From contig NC_087436.1 in assembly GCF_036321535.1 (NCBI RefSeq), positions 111,788,001 to 111,852,000 of the forward strand: 64,000 nucleotides of DNA, read 5' to 3'. A program made the translations under genes and the position numbers. Within the stretch, counting starts at the first letter, position 1. Each line of letters begins with the position of its first letter. The notes below the pieces were generated by a model, which saw only the letters and a list, made by a program, of their open reading frames with translations, did no database searches and was not told where the DNA came from. Below, piece after piece: positions 26,211 through 38,632 of this stretch. Origin of the DNA: Camelus dromedarius (Eukaryota).

Positions 26211-29200
26211 TTTTGATTCCTTATTTTTATTACATTTGTGATCTGTGATGTGATATATCACAAATTTGGAAAGAGGGGAAATAAAATTGCCCTCTGAGGG
26301 TTCAAATGTGAAATTAACAGCTTAAAAAAAAAAGCACAGCAGAGATGTTTAAAGTCTCTTTAAGAAAAGAGGAGTTCTACATTGTAAGCCATGTCTGTGA
26401 CTTGAACGAATGGACAGGCAAATGGGACAATTCATGGTGAGGCATGGAGGAGTCCCAGAGTAACCTGGATAGTGCTTGTCTCAGAAGAGTCCAAGGGAGC
26501 CCACATTCATTGTTTTCAGATCTTGATGGGAAGATGATCCTTTTGGTATAATGTCTTCACTGGAATCAATCAGTTAGACACTACTATTTTAGCAAACTCA
26601 TTTTGTTCCAATCCATGCTCACTCAGTGCATTCTATGTGGGGTATGACTCCCTTAGCAGGTTGACCTGCAGCAAAGAGAGCGCTGTGGCCCAATGGACAA
26701 CATCCTCAATGTGAATGAATACATTAGCGTCTGTATTAGAAATGACCTGGCTGGGGGGGAAGTTTCCTATTGGTCTGAGACCCTGAAACATTACCATGGG
26801 ATGACTCTTTCTGCCCATAGGTGGGAATTGGGTTTTGCAGGCTCTGACATTGTTAAAAGAAAGCTGGTATTCCCCTTTCCATAAGTAGGCCATGTCAAAA
26901 TGAGGAGAAATACCACTCCAGAAAAATCTTTTGTCCAAAGCCTCTTTGTTTACTATTTCTGCTCACTTTCTATGCTTCAGTTACAGAAATGCAAGAAACT
27001 TGGCCTTCTGTGTTTGGGGAAGTAAAGAGAGTTGGGACTGTATGTCATTACAGGCCCATCCATTGTCAGTTGCTTCTCTAAAGGAGGGCAGAGTGGAGGA
27101 TCAAAAACGTGGACAAAGATTGCCTACCTGGCCTGGGAGATTTGCTACAAAGCATGGTTCCCCCTTTGCTCATGGGCCCTCAGATCATTAAGGCATTACC
27201 TGTCAGCTCAGGAGGTGGTGTCATTTGCACAATTAAAGAATCCCACTTGGACAGAGGGCTGGAAGCTGGGCCAGTGACATCCCAATTCAGCATGGCATTG
27301 CTTTTGTCAGAGAATAAATAATGTACTTAGATAAAGCATAACCTTTTTCGTCCCTTTGTTTGGTTCCTTGTTTCCCCCAAATTTCCATCTCTTTGGGATT
27401 TAAAAAAAATAATAAGAGGGAAGAGTGCTCTATAATTTTTGAGGACGCTAAGAGAGTTTTGTGCCTCAGTCATGTGAACTGGGTTAGGAGGAGTTGAGAT
27501 AAGGAACTATTCTACACTTATCAAAATCAAATTTTTGAACTCAAAGTGCCAACATAAATTCATCAGGACAAAGCCTTCTGGTGAGGCTCTTTGGAAGGGA
27601 GTCAAGGTGCCTTTTCAGTCATCACCTTTGATCACACCTTTTTCTTATAGGGAATTATTAAAACTAGTCTGTGCAAGTTAGGGTAGTGAATGTTCTCAAC
27701 GATAAAGACATGAATGGGTAGGACTAGCCTTCTAAATCCCAAGAAGGATCCAGTGGCCAAAACAGTCTTAAAGACAATTCATTTCCACACAGAACAGAAT
27801 GATATCAATGCCAAATAGCTGTATGTGCTGGGAGCACTGAGTAAGGGGTAATTCCTTTTGTCTAAGGGGCCAGGACTGCTTCACAGAAGAGGTGGCATTT
27901 GAGTTGTAAAAATCTGCTGTGATTGGTGGGCAAAAGTCAAAGTGGTGATGCTGGACACAGAAGAATGCTCATTAGATGTTGACTGGCATCTCCTGCTTCT
28001 TGACTGTTCCCTCCCTAAACTCTTGCCACGCATATGGGTCAGCATCACAAAAATGACACTGCTCCGCCGCACACATTTTTGGCTTACTTATTCTTCCCTT
28101 AAGGCCCCATATTGTGTGTCCTCGAATCTTTGCAGCTAGTGCAGTGCCTAGTACACATCAGGTATTCCAATGGTCTTGATTCTGTAGTTAGGTTATTTAG
28201 AGGTGCATTTGCAACATCTATAATACACCTCTCGGGTACCACTCAATATTTGATGTAGAGTTGCTTCATACAGTTGGCACATAATACATGTTGCTGACTA
28301 TGCCACTGATGGATTGAGAAAAAGAAACCCACGTTTCTTGAGATTCTGAGGCTGTGTCTCTCTGGGCTAAGGTAATGACACAGATAATTAAGATTGAAAG
28401 AAACTTGCTGCTTTCATTTGCACTGAACTACCAGGAGTCTAGGCCTACACGATCAAATTTTCTAGTTGATGATTTAACTCTCTGTCTCCGCAGCTTTTAC
28501 AGACTCAGCCAGCACACTAAGCCATCCTAGAAAGCCCAAAAAAGCCAGAGTTAAAATAATGGATAAGCAGCAGCTTTAAGAGAGGGAGAGAAAGAGAGAA
28601 TAGAGATGTCATTTTTATCTTCAGAAAAATGATCAGCCCACTTACTGCATTTTGGTAAATGATGGGTAGATGCCTATTAAGATAATGATCGAAAAGCTGA
28701 ATGAAATTGCAGAGCGAGGTCAAGAGCAGGCTGTGGGAGACAGGTATTTGGTATTTGGTGAGATAAAAGATGGCGCCTGCTCCCATCTCCCCATCACTTT
28801 CCCCATTTATCTCTTAGGATGAGGTCTTTTCCTGTTGTCCTTGTTAGGGAACCTCTATCTACTAGACACTTGGAGGAAAATTGAAACCTGAGAAGGAAAT
28901 GATGATGCTAGTTTCTGCCAGGCACACCAAAAGGAAAGCCTGCTTCGGGTCCACAAAAGTGTGAGGAACAGAAAATGAGAGATGAGCTGGTGATAAGGCT
29001 TCCTGTGGTCCAGGCCTCTCCCTGGAGCTTCTGGTTGGTCCTGAGGAGCCACCACAATGGAAACCTTCTGTCCCCTCCAGGGGCTTCGGCACTGGTCCCA
29101 CAAAACCACCAAACAGGGCAGGCCCTGGCCTACACTTCTCTTCTCTTCCATCCTCAACTAAAACATCTAGTAAATATTTTTATGACATGTCTACACCTGC

Positions 29201-29499
29201 ATAGTTTAAGTGCATGTGTATATATAAATACTATCCTACTAAATTTTAAATTACAATTGACTTAGTCAAGATTGCATTGAAAAATGTCAAATAACTGCTA
29301 CAAAATTAGTTATATCATTCTTCCTTAATGCAATTGGTCTTAATATTAATTCACATGTTTAAAATAAGCACCACTGCCAAAAAAAAAAAAAAAACCCTCT
29401 GCTACTATTACTATTTAATTACTCATGCATTACCAATAAATGCTGCTGAACATAATAGGGGTTATGTTTTTAATTTTGGTTCTTCTCAGATTTATAGGG

Positions 29500-30010
29500 G
29501 AATTATTTTTGCACAGTAAACTACATGCATCTAAAGTGTACAATTCAATGAGTTTTGACAGTGGCGTGTGCCCATGAAACCACCACCACAGTCCTGATTC
29601 AGAACCTGTCCATCATCCCAGAAGGACTCTTCAAATCCCATTAGAATTCTTCTTTCCGTCCATCTTTTTGTCATCATGCTTTTATGCTTTTTGTCATAAT
29701 GTATTTGTTTACATATAAAAGTGGAATCATACATGTATCATCCTCTTTCATGTAGGACAATGCCTTTAAGATTCACTCACATTGTTGTGTGTGTCTGTAC
29801 TAAGTTCCTTTTTATCCCTGAGCCCTGAGTTCTGTTCCACTGAATGGGTTACACTCTAGCTGGTTTAGCCATTCATCTGTTGATGAACACTTTTTTTTTT
29901 TTTTTGAGTTTTTGGCTATTGTGAAGGAAGCTGCTATAAATATTTACATATAAGTTATTGTGTGGACATGTGTTTTCATAATACTTAGGAACAGAATAGC
30001 TGTGAGGTCC
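29500..30010 (-). mobile_element. L1M(B/C/E) 3' end
   Basis: ctaaagtgtacaattcaatgagttttgaca...agtggaatcataca...gtttagccattcatctgttgatgaacac...gtggacatgtgttttcat. Confidence 0.8.
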
Positions 30011-30385
30011 TTTTGGAAGGTGAGAAAACCATGACTCAGAGAGATTATGTAACCAGCCCATGGTCAAAAATAAGTGACAGGGCTGGGGTTTAAACTCAAC
30101 TTGATTTAACTCTCAACTCAGGCTCTTCTGGAATTGGATGTGGAATACTGTTACTGATTGAAAGTGCAGGCTTTTTAGAAACCAAGAGAGGGTATAAATC
30201 CATGTCAATCAGTTAACTGTTGGCTTTCTCAGTTTAATTTATTTCTAGAAACACTTGGGTTTTAGCCTGTGCTCAGCACTGGGCAGCATGCTGGTGTCCC
30301 CACCTGGGGTGGGGCATGGCATTACTCTCCAGTGAGGTCTGTAGACAAAGTACATCTTCCATGTGTCAAGAATGATCAAAGCTCT

Positions 30386-30858
30386 TATTACTGGGCCCAA
30401 GCATTGTACTTCTCACCACACAAGAGGCCAATAAATTGAAGGACGAAGAATAGTGAATGTATTTGGAAAGTCAGCAGACTGAGAAGATGGTGGACTGGTG
30501 TCCCAAAGAACCATCTTGCCTGAGTTAGAATTCATGCTTCTTTTATACTAAAATGGGGAGGGAGTAAAGTCAAACATTTCCTGGTTCCCATCAGCCTCTG
30601 GGGGGAATCTATTAATTTCTTCCTTCTCATAGTCATTCACAGGTGGGCCTGGTCAGGATGTTTCCTGTGAGTTAAACAAAGGTATTTTAGGTTAACACTC
30701 ATTACCTGGGAGGCAGGGTTCCCAGAGATGGTCCATTAATTTAAGCTTATAGGCAACATCCCTTTGGTGATCAACTTGCAGCAAAAGCAATAGAATACAA
30801 AGATTAAAGTAAAAGAAACAGATCCAAAATAGAGTCAGGTTTGTTCTTCCCTCTTACA
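30386..30858 (-). mobile_element. ERV1 solo LTR (MER41-like, laurasiatherian)
   Basis: Minus strand begins tgtaagagggaagaacaaacctgactctattttggatctgtttc; gaagatggtggactggtgtcccaaagaaccatcttgcctgagttagaattc; flanks ctct / ctcg look like a 4-bp TSD. Confidence 0.7.
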
Positions 30859-31657
30859 CTCGGATTCAGGCTGAAAAAGCACATGGAGGAAACCCAAGCT
30901 GTTTAGTGTTGTTCAAAAATGTGAGGCAGGAAGTAGAGAGAATGGAGACTAGGGACAGGTGGGGACTCAAACAGGAGACAAACTCAAACACCTCCAGGAG
31001 CCAGCCAGGTAGCTGGAAGGAGGGGTGCAGCAGGGAGAGGTGCAGACTGGGGAGCTCTCCTGCCCCTCCCGGGGTGTGCACGGTGGCTCAGCGCCAACCA
31101 GCAAGGGCCACGCCAGCATCTGTAGTCATAACTAAGAATGACATGCACTGGCCATGCACTGTTTCATTTATTTTGTATTATTACTGAGAAAATTTATTTT
31201 ACTGAGGAAAAAAACTAAGGAATGAGGAGTAACTTCAAACCTTTTCTCAAGAGAAGCTAGAAATTTATGTCTCTAAATTGAAATCCTGAAATTATTAGGG
31301 ATTATGGGCTGAACAGATTCATCTCCAAGCTGGATTCTGCTGAGCTCACAGTTTGAGATCTTCACCCTGGTTCCTGGACAGGCTTATACACTGAGCAAAG
31401 GAATTTGGAGTCCATCCTGGGGCAAAAGGGAGATGCGATGGGGTTTAAGTAGGGGCAGTGATCTAAATTCTGGAAAGATGATTCCAACTACAGAATGGAG
31501 AATGGATTTAAAGGCAAGAAGCTGTGACAACAAGGCCAGGACTTGAGGAGGCTAGTGAGGCCTCGATGACAAAAATTAAAGGAGGTGCTCACTTTCAGGG
31601 TCGTGCAAGCACCAACAGCAAAAGACTAAACCAGCTACAAGAAAAGATGCAAGAAGC

Positions 31658-31808
31658 GGGGAGGGTACAGCTCAGTGGTAGAGTGCCTGCTTAGCATGCT
31701 TGAGGTCTTAGGTTCAATCCCTAGTACCTCCATCAAAAAAGTAAATAAATAAAAGTAAACCTAATTCTCCACCACCACCAATAGACAATGTTAAATAAAT
31801 AAATAAAA
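31658..31808 (+). mobile_element. Camelid tRNA-derived SINE (Vic-1-like)
   Basis: ggggagggtacagctcagtggtagag (A box) ... ggttcaatccc (B box) ...tacctcc + aaacctaatt + A-rich tail; flanks aaaagatgcaaga / aaaagatccagcaaga. Confidence 0.9.
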
Positions 31809-33494
31809 AGATCCAGCAAGAGAGTGGGATCTCAGGGCAGGAGAGGACGGGGGATAATATTCAGAAATGGGGATGCTCCTGGTCTCAGATCACATAGCGA
31901 CTTCAGCCCGGGGTTTAGAGTGAGTTTCTCCGCAGTTGACATCTGGTCCCTTCACACATCCTCCCAGAGCCCAGGGGCAGGTCTCTTGAGCTCCCTGACC
32001 CCCAGGCTCTCCTGTAAGCAAAGGCAGAATTTGCTCTGAAGTCAGTGCAGGTATCTAAGGAAACAGAGTCCTGTAAACTGGAGGGAGAGGGTATTTCTAC
32101 CTCTTCACTGGGGGAGGGCGATACCCCTTCTAGGAAGCCGAATCTGGAGATGCTCAAACCCTGAAAGACCTGGACTGAGTCAGGATACCAGGTCTTGGCC
32201 CAACCCTTGGCCCTGGGGAAGTCACTTTACCTCTCTGGGCTTACTTCCTACTGCAAAACACAATGCCTAGTTTAAATTTATAAGTTCCTTCCAACTTTGA
32301 AAGAAAGAAAAAAAAAAACCTATATCTGAGATTTCATGAACACAGAGGCAAAAATGGACCTAGACTAGAAGACTGAAACTTAAAAAGAGCCTCCTAGTCT
32401 GAGCTTATCGCACTGTATGTGCAAGAGGAGTGTTCCTTGTTGGCCATCGATGTACCCTTGTCTTTGCCAATCTTGATTGTGCTCCACTGTAAGAAGCTGG
32501 TCTGGGTCTGGTTTTAAGTCCTGGTTGAGCCCTTCAGCTAAAGGCCTAGGCTAAAGATGTTGCCCCTCATCTTTGCTGTCCATTGTTTCGTGGGAAGGAA
32601 GGGTCCCTTGGAAGCCTTAGTAAAATGCAACCTTCCAGCTGAAGTTTTCCCCGGGGCAGGTCCTCCTTTGCCACCTCACCCCGGGGCACTGCCACTGTAC
32701 CTCACTTCCTCTTTCCCTGTCACCACCCCTGATGCTGGATGGGCTTCTAGATTCAGCCATAGCCCAGGCTTCTCTGCATTTCCAGAAGAGGAGGGAGTGA
32801 TTCAAATCAGATCCTCAAGGTGTAAAGGTTTTATCGTTCTTCTGAGAGTTAAAGCTGAAGCCATACCTCACGTAGCAAAGCCAATACGCTTATACCAAAA
32901 CAATAGCAGTTATAAATATGCTTGTGAAGCAGGGTGGACACAAGGGCTATGAAGAGCTGGCGTTAGGGTTTGTCTTAGGGGAGACTTGATTTATTTAGGA
33001 ACAGCCTTTGATTAACCTTTGGGGATGAAGCCCTGAGGGCATGGATTAGCAGATGAAAATGAAAAAGAATGGTCTGCCTTCAAAAATGGGAGGAGAATTT
33101 GGAAGATGGTTAATGGAGAGCAAAATTAATATGGTAGGAGTTTGGGGGCCAAGCTCAGGTAGCTGAAAGCCATATTAAACAATTAACAGTAGTGACAGTT
33201 GAAGCCCGTATCTCCTGAGACACTGGTTAACAGCCAACTGTCACACCCCATGGAAGCAGAATGCTTTCTGCCTTCACTTGGCTCGTGTTTGAAGACCACG
33301 CTCCCCCAGTGGAGGCAGTTACTTTCCTCTGGATTTTGTGATGCCCAGTTTGCTGCTTGCTAGTTCCTTTGTTTGTTTATTGTTCATTCAGAAGAGCTTC
33401 TTTTAAGCCCTGCTATTTGCCCTGTGTTATATATTTCACTTTGCACTTTTCTGCCCCCTTGCAGTAGAGAGGCGGTGGCAGAGAAAGGTCTGGA

Positions 33495-33740
33495 TGACAG
33501 ACAGCGTGGTGCTGGCATCGCCACCATGTCGCACAGTGCAGGTGCTATCCTGCAGTTCACGCTCAAGAGCCCGTTGTCCGGGGTTCAAATGCCAGCTCTC
33601 CCCAGATCCTGCTGTGTGACCTTGGGCAAGCCATTTCACCTCCCAGAGACTCAGTTTTTCTGTAAAATGAGGATAACTCAAGTGTTTGCCTCCCCAGACT
33701 GCTGCAGCAGCAGGCGCAGGGTTAATGGAGTAGAGGAGTT
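33495..33740 (+). mobile_element. MIR SINE
   Basis: gggttcaaatgccagctct...ctgtgtgaccttgggcaagccatttcacctc...ctgtaaaatgaggataa. Confidence 0.75.
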
Positions 33741-34366
33741 AGCTGTATTTTGTTTCTTCCCTGCCCGCCCCCAGGCAGGAAAGCCAGAGGTAACAAAATC
33801 ATCCCCAGTTCTCAGATGTGGTACCTGAGGCTTCCCGGGCAGCTGCTGATCCCAGTGCAGGGGTCTGGAGCTGTGCGGGTGGAGCAGGGACCCACATCAT
33901 TCTGACAGCTTTTTTAAGTAGTTCATGCTGTGCTTGTGGCTTAAATGGTGACTCAAGTTTATGTATCTTTGATGTAAATGAAGATCCGAAATCAGACATT
34001 GTATAGAACCAAAAATTCCAGCAGGAGTTATTTTTAGGGGGGAATATCCTCTTTCAGAAAGTTATCCTTTTCCAGTAGGCACCCACAGGGTTAGGGCCTG
34101 GGGCAGAGATGATAGGGAATGCAGAGTGAGCTGGATACATTGGCAGGTGCTGTGTAGGAAATGAGCTTGATGCCACGGTGGCCTCAAGGACAATGCCAGG
34201 TAGGCTGTCCCAGAGGTCACAGAACGAGGAGGCTAAGAGACCAAATTAAGGTAAGGTAGCCCTTGATTTTCTGAAGTCTGCTTTATGCCACTTGGCTTTT
34301 ATGAAAGACCTGCGTTAGCGTCTGTTTTCGCTAACCGAAAGGAATCCAAAGAGGATTTCACTTTTT

Positions 34367-34376
34367 CCATAAAAGG
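34367..34376. promoter_or_regulatory. CArG box (SRF consensus CC(A/T)6GG); also TATA-like CATAAAA
   Basis: CCATAAAAGG, exact consensus match, inside a CpG-retaining unique patch; function not shown. Confidence 0.35.
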
Positions 34377-34413
34377 CAAGAAGCAAAAATAGGGTTCAGA
34401 GTCTGTTTTGCAG

Positions 34414-34593
34414 GGAGCCGTTACAGAGGCAGTGCACACCCCCAAGCAGCGAGGGTGGCACCGCCAAGCTCCTTCCCCCGGAACTGCGCTCGGCGTCTCA
34501 GCATCAATCCGCCATGGCTTTGAACTGTGTCTGTGAGCGCCTGTGCTCCGTCGCGATGTATTTTGTGCATCCACTAGCAAGGTGTGTCCTAAG
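34414..34593 (+). other. Candidate exon (180 nt), unverified
   Basis: Acceptor tctgttttgcag|G, donor AAG|GTAATT, one frame open throughout, in-frame Kozak ccgccATGG at 34514; no recognised protein. Confidence 0.25.
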
Positions 34594-34971
34594 GTAATTT
34601 CTTCTTTCAGCTTAGGAAAGTTCTCACAGGAACGCTCTGCTTTCAGATAGCGAGGGAAACCTGTGCTTGAATTCATGTATTTGATCAAATTAAAAAATTC
34701 AGTGAGATGCAATGGAAAAGAGATGGTATAGGTTAGCACACTTAGGACAGGGTGCATGCACGTGGAGGTAGAAGGGCCACTTCCCCAGATTCTGGGTTAA
34801 TCAGTTTTCATATTTTCTCCCTTTCCCCACTGACGGTCATTCCACCATTTGTTCCATTCATTTTAGTTGCATTTAATACACATACATTCTACTTACTCTG
34901 TCTGTGCATAGTATGTCTCATGAGCTACATGCTTCTACACTTGGTTTCCATTTTTATAACGGAATTGATTT

Positions 34972-35773
34972 GTTTATTGAAGTATAGTTGATTTAAGACT
35001 ATGTTAGTTTCAGGTGTACAGCAAAGCAATTTGGTTATACATGCACACATGTATATTCTTTTTTAGATTCTTTTCCATTGTAGTTTATTAAAAGATACTG
35101 AATATAGTTCCCTGTGCTAATCAGTAAGTCCTTGTTGTTTATGTATTTTATATATAGTAATACCTGTTAATCCCAAACTCCTAACTTATCTCTCCACTCC
35201 CCTTCCCCCTTTGGCAACCATAAATTTGTTTTCTATGTTTATGGGTCTGTTTCTGTTTTGCAGACAAGTTCATTTGTATCACTGTTTTGGATTCCACATA
35301 TGAGTGATGTCATATGATATTTGTCTTTCTCTGTCTGACTTAGTTCACGTAGTATAATAATCTCTAGGTCCATCCATGTTGCTGCAAGTGGCATTATTTC
35401 ATTCTTTTTATGGCTGAGTAATAGCCCATTATGTATGTGTATATATATATACACACACCCCTCACATCTTCTTTATCCAGTCGTCTGTTGATGGACACTT
35501 ATGTTGCTTCCATGGCTTGGCTATTGTGAATAGTGCTGCTATGAACATTGGGGTGCATGTATCCTTTTGAAATAGAGTTTCCTTTGGATATATGCCCAGG
35601 AGTGGGATTGCTGGATCACATGGTACGTCTATTTTTAGTTTTTTATGGAACCTCCATGTTGTCCTCCATAGTGGCTGCACCATTTACATTCCCACCAACA
35701 GTGCAAGAGGGTTCCCTTTTCTCCACAGCCTCTCCAGTATTTATTAATGTAGACTTTTTGATGATGGCCACAA
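34972..35773 (-). mobile_element. 5'-truncated artiodactyl/camelid L1 (ORF2 C-terminus + 3' UTR) with TSD
   Basis: ORF 35462-35683(-) VQPLW...[11 protein letters not shown]...CTPMFIAALFTIAK..W...KCPS..DWIKKM is the L1 ORF2p C-terminal region; TSD aattgattt at 34963-34971 and 35774-35782. Confidence 0.95.
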
Positions 35774-35929
35774 AATTGATTTTTTTTAAGTTAAAAAAAG
35801 CAAGAGTACTTTACACTGAGCAAGGCACTTAGGTTTTCTGAATCACAGAACTGAGAGAGGGGCCAGTGAGATAGACCTAAAGTATATGAAGAGGAAAGTG
35901 CTGTATAAATACTGATTTTGTAGACATGC

Positions 35930-36095
35930 AACTCTGGACATGATTTGGGACATCAAACAAGTCACTAAAACTCTCTGAGCCTCAGTTTCACCACCTGGGA
36001 AATGTGGCTTTTCATACCTGTCTTACAGATTGTCGTGAGGATGAAATTAAATAATTTTCAGAAAGTGGCACAGGGGGCTGATTAGTAAATGTGAG
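35930..36095 (+). mobile_element. MIR SINE
   Basis: caagtcactaaaactctctgagcctcagtttc...gattgtcgtgaggatgaaat. Confidence 0.7.
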
Positions 36096-36449
36096 TTTCC
36101 ATCCCCTCCTATTTTCCTTTTTTTGGTCACCTGCAATCAAATCACGGAGTTAAAATCAGACGAAAGTTTTTCACCTTTTAAAAGAAGCCAAGTATCCCAT
36201 CTGACCCTTGGAAATGAGTTAATGTGAATCAACAAATTCACATATATTTATTGAGCACTGCCTGCGTGCCACTTAATAAGCGAGCAGCCTGCCAGGACTC
36301 CACGGTAGGTGTGGGATAAGGATGCATATCTATACCCACTCATCTCTGTCTGTCTGCTTCTCTGTCTCTCTCATCTATCTAGATATATCTCAGTTACAAT
36401 AATGCAAACATTATTCACTGATTTACTCAACAAACACAGCTGAGCAGAG

Positions 36450-36823
36450 ACTGAGTTTGCTAGGGCTGCCATGACAAAGTACCACAGGACAACAGAAATG
36501 TATTTCCTCCCAGTTCTGGAGGCTAGAAGTCCAAGTTCAAAGTATTGGGAGGGCGGCTTCCTTCTGAAGTCTCTCTCCTAGGCTTTCTTCTCCCTGTGTC
36601 TTCACGTGGTCTCCCCCTGTGCGTGTCTGTGTCCTAATCTCCTCTTCTTTTGAGAACACCAGTCAGACTGTTTTAAGATCTGTCTTGATGAGATTATTTT
36701 TCCTTAATTACCTCTTTTAAAATTCTATCTCCAAATACAGTCACCTTCTGAGATACTAGGGGATTAGAACTTCAACGTGTGAGTTTGGGGCAAGGTTGGG
36801 GGAGACACAGTTCAGCCATAACA
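36450..36823 (-). mobile_element. MLT1A/B LTR inserted in an L2 tail
   Basis: gtttgctagggctgccatgacaaagtaccaca...gttctggaggctagaagtccaag...gacacagttcagccataaca; L2 tail resumes agcatctactatgtgccaggcactgttcta. Confidence 0.85.
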
Positions 36824-37079
36824 AGCATCTACTATGTGCCAGGCACTGTTCTAAGTCTTAGAGATATGGCAGTGAAGGAAAAATGGGGGAGAGGTGGTTA
36901 TTCATATTAATAAGGGAGAGAGAAAACAGGTGGCATTCTCGGGAGTCTCCTTGACTGAGAGGAGAGACTTTCGGCAAGTCATGCCTCTCTGAGCCACGCC
37001 ATCAGTTCTGTCCTGAAGCTTTCTTATTGCTGCTCCCCCATCCTCTTGATTTCCATCCTCTGTAGCCCTCTCCCCTCTG

Positions 37080-37270
37080 CTTCCTGACGAACTTCTATCA
37101 TTGCATCTTCTGCATTGTATTGTAATTTTTTTTTTATATGTCTGACTCTCGTCCATGCTGTGAGTTCTCTGGGAATGGAAATGTTGCCTTATTCACGGCT
37201 GGTGCAGAGCCTAGCAAGGTGCCTGGCATATAGAAGATGCTCAATAAATGTTTGATGAATAAATGAATAA
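37080..37270 (+). mobile_element. L2 3' end
   Basis: cctagcaaggtgcctggcatatagaagatgctcaataaatgtttgatgaataaatgaa. Confidence 0.8.
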
Positions 37271-38262
37271 AACCAGAGCAGGCTTGGCTCTGCAGGCTTT
37301 GCAGTCAGGGACCTGTGGGATCAGGTGATGGGTGAGATAGAATTTTAATCAGCAGCAGAAAATTCAAGAACCTGAGACATCTAAAGGTGGCTCGTCTGAC
37401 TTTCCTGCCATCAGCTGCAGGGTTTCTGAAAGGCAGAGATGGATAAAAAATTTTGTGGGTTGGTTAAAATAAAATCTGAAGTGTGAACGTTTTATTTTAG
37501 TTTTTAATTGTGAGGCTTTCTGTGAGAATTGTGGGAAGATAGCGCTGCTCACCCACAAATGTAAGCCTGAGACTCAGATTTGTCATTTCTTTGATCTTGA
37601 ATGTGGAAGGCAGGAGGTGCAGGTAAGGGGTGGGGGTTGGTAAGATTGGGATATTAGGGGGAAATATTAAAACTACAATTTACTGAGTTCTTACTTCCAT
37701 GCCTGGCACGTTGCTCAACTTGTTACGTACATGATCCTGTGTAATCCTCACATCAACGGGCAATGAATGGTTTCATTTCAAACGTGAGAAAACAGTTCGG
37801 AGGGCATGAATAACCAGCTCCAGGACACACAGCCTTCAGGTCCCTGAGCCAGCATTCATCCTGGACCCTTATGATTCCTATGGCCTTGCTCTTACCTTCT
37901 CTTCTTAGAAACTCTTTCTCCGAAGGTGTCTCAGTTGCCTTCTCCTGTTCCTTGAATTCTTTCCTCCCCATGATTCCGCTCCTGCACAGTGGCACTTGAG
38001 CTATGCACTGAGACTCTGCATTTAAACCAAGTTCAGGGCTCACGGGTTCTAAATCAAAAGAAAACTAACCAATCTGGAGACCTGTTGGTGGAGCTTAGAG
38101 GTAATTTTCAGTCTTTTGCTTGTTTTCCAGTTTTTAGATTTTCAGAGTTTAGTATGAAGTATCAAACAAAAAACCAAAGCAGTTGACTCTCAAGAAATCA
38201 TATTACCAGATTTTGCCCAATGAAAGGTCTGTGTATGAATCCTTTTCTGAAGGTGGAGACCC

Positions 38263-38632
38263 TGTCTCAGTCACCCTGGACTTTTTCCACAAAATGCCAT
38301 GGCCTGGGTGGCTTAAACAGTAGATGTTCCTTTCTCATAGTTCCAGAGCCTGGAAAGTCCAAGATCAAGGGACCAGCTGACTTGGTTCCTAGTGAGAGGC
38401 CTCTTGCCAAAGGCCACCTTTTTGCTGTGTCCTCACATGATGGAAGGAGAGGGCTCTGGTCTCTCTTCCTCTTCTTATAAGGGCACTAATTCAATGATGG
38501 GAGCCCCACCTTCATTACCTCATCTAAACCTATTTACCCCCCAGAGGCTCAGCCTCCAAATAGCATCACAGTGAGGGTTAGGATTTCAAAGTGTGAAAAT
38601 TTGAGGGAGGCATAGACATTCAGCCCATAAGG
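38263..38632 (-). mobile_element. MLT1A-like LTR
   Basis: ctgggtggcttaaacag...ctggaaagtccaagatcaagg...cttcttataagggcactaat...acattcagcccata. Confidence 0.85.

Noticed and set aside
31658..31732. tRNA-like sequence (also at 40497-40572 and 46890-46963)
   Set aside because: Followed by a SINE linker and A-rich tail with TSD remnants, and the stems are degenerate; these are SINE heads, not tRNA genes
34299..34757. Longest ORF in the track (152 aa, minus strand)
   Set aside because: No recognisable homology or domain; a length this size is expected by chance in 64 kb
35239..35683. ORFs with clear protein similarity
   Set aside because: They are frameshifted L1 ORF2p C-terminal remnants of a truncated element, not a host gene
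37896..37981. Minus-strand purine-rich exon candidate (MGRKEFKEQEKATETPSEKEFLRRE, donor AAG|GTAAGA)
   Set aside because: Weak acceptor, resembles decayed L2 sequence, and no partner exons were found
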